DNA of 58,262 nt, from the IMG/VR virus record IMGVR_UViG_3300017783_000021, positions 1 through 58,262 of that record. One strand, written 5' to 3'. Shown one piece after another: positions 16,138-28,100 of the stretch (position 1 is its first letter; each line of letters opens with the position of its first letter). Position numbers and translations under genes: made by a program. The notes below the pieces were generated by a model, which made no database searches, was not told where the DNA came from, and saw nothing but the letters and a program-made list of their open reading frames with translations. Origin of the DNA: a virus. Taxonomy: Duplodnaviria; Caudoviricetes.

Positions 16138-19100
16138 ATGGCATATAGCGATAGACAAGGTACCCCGGTAAACATAGAAAACAAAGACAAGTTACGTAAT
16201 AGTTCTGATTTGTTACCTATGTACTTTCGTACAGAAACTAATAGAAAGTTTCTCGGAGCAACTGTTGATACTTTAATAAACAAGGGTAATCTTGACAGAC
16301 TAAATGGATTTGTAGGTGAACGTAATACAGAAAATGCAACATCAAAAGATGTATATATTCCAGAACCTACAGACAACAGACGTAGATACAATTTTCTTCC
16401 GTCTGCTGTAACAAAAAATCCTATTGACAACACTAATAAATGGACAGGAACATATGACGACCTTATAAATCAAATAGATTTCTTTGGCGGAGTTACTGAC
16501 AACCATGATAAGTTGTTTCAAGCAGAATATTTTGCTTGGAACCCAATGTTTAATTTTGATAAATTTGTAAATTACAGACAATATTACTGGTTAAGTCAAG
16601 GTCCTGATCCAGTTAGTATTTCAGGAAACCCCGGAAACACTGAAAGCGAATATAGTGTTTCCAATAGTAATCAAAATTCTTATGTTTTTACACCAAACGG
16701 ATTTAGTAATAATCCAACTGTTGTTTTATATAGAGGCGGAACATATAAATTTAAGATTAATGCAACTGGCCATCCTTTTTATATTAAAACAACTAATACA
16801 ATTGGTATTGGTGATCAGTACAACGATGGTGTTGAGAATAATGGTGCAGAATCAGGAACAATTACGTTTACAGTTCCGATAAATGCTCCAGACAATCTTT
16901 TCTATGCATGTCAATATCATCAAACTATGCAAGGAATGTTTGAAATTAGAGATACATCACAGGATTTAACAATTGATGTATCAGAAGAAATTTTAGGTAA
17001 AGCAAACTTTACAAGTGCTAATGGAGTAAAATTAACAAATGGAATGAAAGTTAATTTTATTGGTGATGTATTACCTACAAAATATAGAGAAAAAAATTGG
17101 TATGTTGAAGGTGTTGGAGATAGAATTACACTTATTGACGAAACAGAATTAGATACTCCGGAAGTATATGCAAAAAATAAAGAATATGAGTTTGATGTTG
17201 ATCCGTTTGATGACACACCATACGATGATACTGAGAATAGTCCGATAACTCCAGAATACATTACTATTAATAGAGCAAGTAAAGATAAAAACCCTTGGAG
17301 TAGATATAATAGATGGGTCCATAAAGAAATTATTGAACAAAGTGCTTCGTATAATAATACATCTCCAATACTAGATGAAAATAATAGAGCAGTAAGACCT
17401 ATCTTAGAATTTAAATCAAATCTTAAATTGTTTAATTTTGGTGAAAATGGTATTGGTAATGTTGATTTAGTTGATACAGATACACTCGACGTTATGAGTA
17501 ATGTTGAAGGAAGTTTTGGATACTATGTTGATGAAGTACTTTTACGCAAAGGTATGCGTGTTATTTTTAATTCTGATCCAGATATTACTGTAAAAGGTAA
17601 AGTATATGAAGTAGATTTTATTGAATATGATGGTCAATCTAGATTACATTTAGTTGAAAAATATGCACCACTTATTAATGATAGTGTTATTGCAACAGAT
17701 GGCGTTGCCAATCAAGGAACTTCGTATTACTACACTGGAACAGAGTGGAGTAAGTCACAGCAAAAAACCAAATTAAACCAAAGTCCATTATTTGATTTAT
17801 TTGATTCTAATGGTAATAGTTTTTCAAATCAAACAAATTATTTCTCTACAACATTTATAGGAAATAAAATTGCAAGTTATAAAGAAGGAACAGGAAGTAA
17901 TGATCCTATTTTAGGATTTCCAATCAGTTACCAAAATATTAACAACGTTGGTGATATTACTTTTAACTTTGATTGGGACGACAGTGAGTTTACATACCAA
18001 GAAAATATAACTGCAAAAACTGTTGATACAGCAAGTGGCCTTGTTTATGATTTTAATGACGAAAAATATTATAGTGGGTGGCAGTTAGTTAAAAATAAAG
18101 TTACTAGACAAAGAATTTTACAAGTTTTTGATTTATTTGAAACAACAGATAGAATTGCAGTTAACGCAATTAACAAACCTTTTGACTATGATTTAGATAT
18201 CATTGTAGAATTTAACGGTGTAACTTATAAAGAAACTACCGACTTTGAAAAAGTTATTGATAAAAACAAATCAACATATGAATTAAAATTTAAGAAACCA
18301 ATTGCCGGCGGCACCAGAGTAACTTTAAAAATACTTACAGATCAAAAGCCAAATGCAAATGGTTATTATGAACCTCCTATTAACTTAACAAATAATAGTG
18401 AGAATAATGATCTTAAAACATTTACACTAGGAAGTGTATCGGATCATTTCAAAACTATATTCCAAGCAAATTCTACTATTACAGGAAAATCAGTAGGTAC
18501 TAATAATGCTAGAGATATTGCTAATATTCATCTAGATGGTAGTAGATATGTTAAACACAAAGGAAGTATTTTACCTGCAATATTATTTTTAATTCAAGAA
18601 GATTTAAATTTTGTAAACTCTATGCGTAAAAATGCTAGAGATTATAATTTCTTTAAAGATGCGTTTATTGCTAAAGCAAGTCAATTAGATAAAACTGATA
18701 ATATTGCTACCGACGTTGATACAATATTATATGAATTAAGTATTAATAAGTCATCAAACTCCTCGTATTTCTATTCAGATATGGCAGGATTTGGTAAAAA
18801 AGCAGAACGTTTAAAGTTTACTGTTAAAAATGGAACACAACAAGTGTTTGCAATTAATAATGCATTTAACACTTCAACTGTAAGTGACCGGGCAGTGTAT
18901 GTATATCTAAATAATACACAGTTATATTTAGGTACTGATTACGAATTTGACAATGTTGATAATACGTTAACTGTAAAAGTTGATCTTGCAATCAATGATG
19001 TTGTAGAAATTATTGATTATGATACTACTGGTTCAGTTATTCCACATACTCCTACCAAGTTAGGATTATATCCATCATACAAGCCAGAAATATTTGTTGA

Positions 19101-22100
19101 TAAAAGTTATCTAACTCCAACAAAAGTTATTCAAGGTCATGACGGATCGATAACAAAAGCGTTTAATGATGAACGTGATGATATGTTACTCGAGTTAGAA
19201 AAACGTATCTATAACAATTTAAAAGTAAAGTATAACAGAGATATTTTTGATATTCTTAAAAATACTCCTGGACAATATAGAACAAATAACTTTACTAGCA
19301 ATGAATTTAACAAAGTTTTAAGAACAGATTTTGGTTATTGGGCAAGTTTATTTGATGTTGATTTTGAAACAAATTCAGTATCAGACGATTCCATTCCGTT
19401 CTCTTACAACTTTAACACAATGATTAATCGCCAAGATCAACAGTTACCAGGATCTTGGAGAGCAATTTATAAGTTATACTTTGATACTGATAGACCTCAT
19501 ACTCATCCATGGGAAATGTTAGGCATTACAGAAAAACCAACTTGGTTTGATAGCGTTTATGGCAAAGCACCATACACAAGTGGTAACAAAATTTTATGGG
19601 ACGACCTTGAAAGAGGGTTAGTACGTGATCCTGCAGGAACAAAAATTTATAATGATTTTGCTAGACCTAAATTATCAACCAATATACCAGTAGACGAGTA
19701 TGGTGATTTAATTGATCCAAGTAAAATTAATATTGTAAAAGCAATCTTTATTACAGAAGTTAAAAATAATTGGAAATACGGCGACGAAGGCCCTGCAGAA
19801 ACTTCATGGAGAAAAAGTAGTTGGTATCCTTTTGCATTACAAAACGCTGTTGCATTAACAAAACCGGCACAATATTTTGGTAGTTTGTTTGATGTTAATC
19901 AAAACTTAATTACAGCAAGTGGTAATGTTGTTTATTCTGAAACAGGCAAGATTTTTAATCTTAAAGAAGCAAAATTAAAAGACCTTAAGTTTGACAATAA
20001 AAGATTTTTAGGTTTAGGATATCATGTTCCAATTATAGAATACGTTAAGAGTTTTGATAAAGATCTTAAAGAAATATTTTATGACAAACTAATAAACACA
20101 TCAAGTAACTTAACATATAAACTAGGTGGATTTGCAAACAAAAACAGATTAAGAGTTTTAGCAGAAAGTTCAAATCCTAATACTGCTGACAACAGTGTAT
20201 TTTTACCAAGTGAAAACTATCAATTAACACTTAGAAAAAGTAATCCTATTAAAAGTGTAAGAGTAAGTGGTATAGTTGTTGAACAAACTGAAAAAGGTTA
20301 CCTAGTTAGAGGTTATGATAATCTTCGTCCATGGTTTAATATTTACAAGCCTAAGCATGGTAAGAACGATGTTGCAGTTAATGTTGGCGGCAAACAAGCA
20401 AACTTTGTTTTATGGAGTTCTGGAAAATTTTATGGCGAGAAACAAATTGTAGAATTTGAAGGACAGTATTATAGAGTAAAATCAAATCATACTAGTACAG
20501 AAAATTTTGATAACAGTAAGTTTACTGTATTAGGAGAATTACCTATAACTGGTGGTGCAGAAGTTGCAAGAGCATTAGCATTTGAAGACAAGGAAACTGA
20601 AGTCAGTTACGGAACTGTGTATACTAGAATACAAGAAGTATATGATGTAATTTTAGGATATGAACATTGGTTAAAAGAACAAGGATTTGTATTTGACAAA
20701 TATCAAAGAGAAACGTTATCGATACAAGACTGGAATCTAAGTGCAAAAGAATTTTTATATTGGACAACACAAAAATGGGCCGCAGGCAGTGTTATTGCAT
20801 TAAGTCCATTTGCGGATAATTTAGAATTTGAATTTAAGTATGCAACAGTAGATAGTGTATTAAACAGTTTTTATGAATACAGTATTCTTTCTGCAACAGG
20901 AACACCATTACCAAAAGAAAATTTAAGCATAGTTAGAGGTTCAGGCAAGTTTACACTGTCAACAAAGAATACACAAAAAGGTATTTTCTTTGCAGTATTG
21001 AATCTTGTACAATGGGAACACATTGTAGTATTTGATGATAAAAGTCAGTTTGGTGATATCATATATGACCAAGAAGCAGGATATAGACAAAAACGTATTA
21101 AGTTAATTGGCTTTAGAACTAGCGAATGGGACGGTGATTATGTAAGTCCAGGGTTTGTATTTGATGAAGCAGTAGTTAACGATTACGCTACTGGACTTGA
21201 TTACAATCTAGGTGATGTAGTAAGATTTAAAAGTAAGTATTATAGTGCTTCAAAATTTTTACCAGCAACAAAAGTATTTAATTTTAATGACTGGGTGTTT
21301 ATTGGTGATAAACCAGTTGCAGAATTATTACCTAATCTAGATTATAAAGCAAGTTCTTTTGAAGATTTTTATGCATTAGAAAGTGAAAACTTTGATAAGC
21401 AAACAACTGACCTTAGTCAACACCTATTAGGATATCAAAAGCGATTATATCTTGATAATTTAGTTAGAGATGATACTGCACAGTACAAATTTTACACTGG
21501 ATTTATCAAAGAAAAAGGAACGTTTAATGCAATAGAAAAACTTAATCGTTTAACTATTGACGGTACTAGTACTGACATTTCAGTAAATGAAAACTGGGCA
21601 GTCAAAATTGGTAGTTTAGGAAGCAGTGCAACATCAAAAGAAATTGAATTAGTACTTAATGAATCTGAAAATGTTGAAAATCCACAAGCATATCAATTTG
21701 TTCAAACAAAAACAGTTAACACTGAAACAAACACTATACAATTATTAAACAACGACTTAACACTAAAGCCTGCGGATTTTAATAGTGCTCCGTGGAAAAA
21801 CTTTAATTTAAATGATAGTGGTGTTAGTTTAACTACAGTACAAAAAATACCAACAGCAGGTTATGCTCGCATCGAAGATGTTGATCACACTGTGTTTAAT
21901 AGTAGTGCTATTATTACTGATACAACTATACCTACACTTAATGAAGGTGCAAGTATTTGGGTAGCCAAAGATAAAAACGATACTTGGAACATTTATAGAT
22001 TAGTTGCTAGTGATGCTAGAGTAATACAAACAGAAAATGATTTAGTTGTTATTACTGACGGAATGTTATCTTTAACAACTGATGTTCCCCATGGTCTTAA

Positions 22101-25100
22101 AGAAGGCGATATCATTGTTATACGATGGTTTGACAATCAAATAAATGGAACACACACTGTTGCAGAAGTCAACGGACTAACAGGATTTAAGGTTGCAACT
22201 GATTTAACAACTATTACATTGGCAGAAGATAGTGCAACAGGAACAATATTAACTCTAGAATCAGTACGTGTAACTACACCAGCACAAATTAATAATATCA
22301 AAGATGTTGGATCATTTGATGTCGGTAGTAAGATATGGGCAGACAATACTGGAAACAATGAATGGAAAGTTTATGAAAAAACTACAGCATTTGTTGAGAA
22401 TCAATTTAAAGATGTTTCTCCTGATGCATTGTCATATGCTACTAGTATTGCATATGGTAATCAAGGTAGAACTATTGTAGTTGGTAATCCGGATCAAACA
22501 GTTGAAGGTAGTGTTTTAGTTTTAAGAAGAAAATTAAATTCAGAAGTTACTACATTAGAAGGTAGCAGTGGATTTAATATTGGCCCATCATTTTCAGATC
22601 AATGGGTATCACCGAGTGTTAACGCAGGATTAGGCCATAGTATTTCATTGTCGTCAACATCTAATACATTAGTTGCAGGCGCTCCGTTTGCAAGTGCAGT
22701 AAGAACAACTTCGACTGCAGAAAGACCAAAATTCTTTTACAGTACTAATACAGCAACAGCGAGTAGTCTTACTAAACAAGGTATTGTAAAAATTACATCA
22801 TTTAATACCCTTACAAATGTTTACGATAACAGTTATGTAGTTTCTAGTCCAGTACCTTCAAACAACGAAGAGTTTGGTTACAGTGTTGCAACAAGTGATA
22901 CTAGATTAGTTGTAGGTGCTCCGGGTAGAGGATCTAACACAGGTGCAGTATATGTTTACAACAAAGGAACTGATTGGGATTACCTAGAAGAAATATTAGC
23001 ACCAGACCATACTGAAGGCGACCGATTCGGTGAACAGTTAGTTGCATCAAAAGATTTAGGAATATTAATTGTTTCAGCAAAGAAAAAAGAAACTATTGAA
23101 CAAGCAGGTGACAGCACAGTTAAAAATACTGGTAAAGTTTTTGTTTATTACTATGATGGTACAGGATATAATCTAATACAAACTATTGACGAATCATTAG
23201 TTACTAGTTTAAGTAATACTGATTTACTTGGTAGTTCACTAGGTATTAGCGATAATGGAGATACACTTGTTATAGGAGCACCATTAACAGATGGAGTAGA
23301 AGTTGATCAAGGTGCTGTTCATGTTTTTGAAAGACAAACACAGAACGATTCTACAACGGGTTATGCATTTAAAGAAACTATTTTAAGTCCAAGTATTCAA
23401 AACGGTGAAAATTTTGGACATAGAATTGCAGTTAATCCTAATGGTACAAGTTTTGCAGTTTCAAGTGCGATTGGTAGTAATGATAAATTAACAACATTTG
23501 ATGTGTATAGCGAAAAGAAAGCAGGTGAAACTTATGTTAATGATCCTACATCACCGCGTACAGATAATTCAACAACGTTTGATGCATATAGTTTAAATTT
23601 TGTTGATAAAGTCTCAGGCACAGGTGCAGTTTATACGTTTAGTAAACTTGGTGATAATTTTGTATTTGGACAGAAGTTAGCAAGTAACGATCTACAAACC
23701 AATGATCAATTTGGCACAGGACTTGCTTATAGTTCTACTAGTTTATATGTAGGTGCACCGAATTTTGCAATTGATGATAATGATGACGATACTGTTGATC
23801 CAAAAACTGGAATACTTTTTGTTTATCAAAAAAATGCAACTGCTGGTTGGAACACTTTAAGACAACAAGGTAGTTTAACAGATCCATTTAGTATTGATAA
23901 ACTGTTAACTTACAGAACCGATACACAAACTATTGTGGACTTCTTAGAACCAATTGATCCTGTAAAAGGAAAAATACCTTACATTGCAGAAACAGAAATT
24001 ACATTCAAAGGTGAAAGAGATCCTGCAATTTATTCAACCAGTGATCAAGCAATAAATGTTGATCCTGATATTAATTGGGGTGCTGATCATGTTGGAGAGA
24101 TATGGTGGGACCTAAGCACAATTAGATATACTTGGTATGAGCAAGGTGATATTGAATTTAGAAAAAATAATTGGGGACAAATATTCCCTGGGTCAAGTGT
24201 TGATATCTACGAATGGGTAGAAAGTGATGTTTCTCCGGAAGAGTGGAACAATATTGCTGATACAACAGAAGGTATTGCGGCTGGGTTTAGTGGTAAATCT
24301 AAATATGACGATAATACATATGTGCTAAAAAGAGTTTATGATACTTCAACAAGTAACTTTGTAAGTAGATATTATTTCTGGGTTAGAAATGCAGTTATAC
24401 TACCACAAAGATTTACAACACAAATAGCAGTTGGGTTAAGTGAGCAAATAGCAATCGACACAAGAAAACTGCCTGCTAATGAAATTGCTAGTATTATTGC
24501 TGATCCTAAAAACTATGGAATTAAGTCTGTACAATTATTAGATACCAATGCATTTAGTGTTACGAATGTTAAGACAACATTAAGTGATAATAATGTAAGT
24601 TTGAATATTCAATATAAAGATATTAAAACAGATATTCCAGATCACAATAGTTGGTTATTATTAGACGAAAATCAAAGAGATAAAATTGATAATGAATTAT
24701 TAATTAAAAAACTATATGACAGTCTAGTTGGGTTTGATTCTTCAGGCAATGCAGTTCCAGATCCTACACTACCTGTACAGAAAAAGTATGGATTAGCAAT
24801 ACGTCCAAGACAAAGTATTTTTGTAAACAGATTACAAGCACTAAAAGTATTAATTACATATACTAATAACTTACTTGCAAAAAGTAGAATTGTAGATGAA
24901 AAAGATATTAGTGGATTGTTCACTAGTGATCCTAAGCCTACACTGATTAGTGGAAAATATGATATTGAAATAGAGGAAGATGCAGATCTATCAGATATTA
25001 AAACACAAGATTTAAAACAAGCAACTGCAACAGCAACGATTACAAATGGTAGAATTAAAAGTGTTAAAATAGATGATGCTGGATATGGATATAAAAATGC

Positions 25101-28100
25101 TCCAGAAATAGAAATCAGTGGCGAAGGTTATGGTGCTAAATTTAGTTCAACAATTGATAGTCAAGGTCGATTGACTAATATCGAAGTTTTAAAAGAAGGT
25201 AAAAATTATTCTAGAGGAACAATAAGAATTAGACCGTTCAAAGTTCTAGTAACAAATGATGTTACTGCTGGAAACTATTGGACAATGTACGAATGGAATA
25301 TTAATTCTGAAACTTGGACTAGAACAAATACACAAACATATGATGTACGTACATTTTGGAATTACAAAGATTATGTAGTTTCTGGGTTTGATGTAGATAG
25401 TATTATAGATTACAAAATTGCAGAACCATATCTATTAAGAACAATCGATCCTACTGTAGGACAACTTGTTGAAGTAACTAATGTTGGTGACGGTAATAAA
25501 ATAATTTTACAAAAAGTAGAATCAAACGGTACTTGGAACGATGAATATGATATTATGTTTAAAGCAAACAGTACGATTGAATTTAGTTCTAACTTATATG
25601 ATTATTCGGGATTAAGTTTTGGGTTTGCGGGAACTGAAAACTTTGATATTAATTTATACGACGAGCAACCTACACAAGAGTCAAGAGTTATTTTAGGTGT
25701 TATTAATAATAACTTATTTGTTGACAATTTAAAATATGCTTGGAATGAATTTTTATTTACTGCTATTAGATATGCAATTAGTGAACAAACATTTACTGAC
25801 TGGATATTTAAAACTAGTTTGATTAGTGTTAAGAATAACTTAGGCGGCTTCACAAGGAAAGTTAATTACAATCTTGACGATCCTGGGAATGTTGAAAAAT
25901 ATATTGAAGAAATCAAACCTTATAGCGTAACCATTAAAGATATGATTACAAGTTATAATACATTAGAACAAGGTAATATGTTTAGTACAGACTTTGATTT
26001 ACCTAGTAGATATAATGAAACAACAGAGAAATTTGAAGTACTTAATGAAAATAGCGAAGACATAACAACTGAGCCATTTAATCAATGGTTTGAAAATTAT
26101 AAATTTAGTGTTGATAAAATTGATATTGCTGATGCCGGTGCCGGATATACTCAAACACCGATTGTAGTAATTAGTGGCGGCAGAGAATCAAAACCTGCTA
26201 TCATACAAACTAAACCATTTAGAAGTATTGTAACCACAGACTACGATAATCAATATGTTTATGTAAACACTACAAGTGTTCCAGGACATTTTTATGATAC
26301 AACTAATGTAATTGCACAAAATTTAGTTTATCAAATTCCAAGATTTCCAGCAGTACCTGAAATAAAAACTACAACACCTTTAGGAGCAATCGGCGTTGCA
26401 ATTAATGGAGTTAGTATTTTTAATCCAAGTTCTGCTGTAACAGCCAGACTAGGTGGAGTTACATATACAGTAAACGCAGTATATGAACATAAAGAATCAG
26501 GTATCGACGACGGTGCTGGCCATCCACAAGAAGATGGAATATATCATTATCATAGTGATCCTAAATTTATGTATACCAAAGATGCTAATACTCATAGTGA
26601 AATCTTAGGATTTGCATTTGATGGATTTCCGATTTACGGACCTTACGGATATAATAAAACAAATGATAAAACAGTAGTATTAATGAAATCAAGTTATCAA
26701 TTAAAAACTACACCACGTGCTGACGGCAGTATGCCAACAGGCCGCTACAATGAAGATTATGAATATGTAACTGGTTTAGGAAACCTAGATGAAAATAATG
26801 GTAGATTTATTCAAACACCTGAATACCCTTCAGGAACTTATGCTTACTTTATTACTGTAGCAGAAAATGCAGATAACGAATTAGAACCAGCATTTCCATA
26901 TATTGTAGGACCAAACTATCATGGTACTCCGTTGTTACCAAACGGTAATGGAACTATGCCACAAAGCGGAAATATAAATGCAACCGCAACGGCATATGTT
27001 AGTAGAAATAAATTAGGTAATATTGTAATTAACAATCCAGGTGCTGGATATGTAACTGCACCAACAGTTACAATTACAGGTGGCGGCGATACTACTTCAA
27101 CAGCCAAGGTTGTTGCAGTGTTAGAAAACAATAAAGTAAGAACAAGTAAAACACAACTTAGATTTGATAGAATTAGTTCACAAGGAATATTAGCAACAGA
27201 TTCGTATATAGATACTTTTACAAGTACCTCAGGACAAGTTACATATAAATTAACTTATGTACCAACTGTTGACAAGCGTGATTTTACAATTAGTATTAAT
27301 AATGAAACTGTGTTTATTGAAAACTTTGATGTTTCAATTAGAACATTAACAGATCAAACATATAAAAAACAAGTCGGTTATGTTATTTTAAAAACACTTC
27401 CTAAACAAGGATCAACAGTTACAATTACCTATAAGAAAAATGTTGCCTTAATGAATGCTGTTGATAGAATTAACTATTTCTATAAACCAACAGATGGCAT
27501 GCCTGGCAAAGATCCAGCACAGTTAATGACTGGTATTGAATATCCAGGTGTAAAAGTACAAGGGTTAGATTTTGGTGTTAGTGTTGGGTTTGATGGATTA
27601 CCTTGGTTTAGTCACGGTTGGGATACTTTCTCAGGTAACAATTCAGATTATGCTTTTAGAGCCGACGGTAGTACAACAGAATTTACACTTCCGTATGTTC
27701 CTGAATTAAACACAAAGGTAAATGTTTATTTTGATGGTATAAGACAAGATCCTACAAACACACCGACTATAGTAGGAGATGGTAACACAGGAACATTTAC
27801 ATTAAATGTTAGTCCTGCAGATGGTGCCCTAGTAGTATTCCGAAAAGAAGACTCAGACGGAAGTACAGTACCTACAGACGTAAACAATCTTGATACTTTA
27901 ATTAGTGGTGGTACTCTAGCATACAACACAGCAACAGGTAATTCACCTGAAGATATAAGTTTAGATGGTGACGGATTTGTAACTCCGGATACATCATATG
28001 CTCCGGAAGAAGTTGTACCAGGCCAAGTATTTGACTCATTAAGCATGAAAGTCTATAACGCACCTGCAGACGGATCGCCAATTATTGATATTACAAGACA

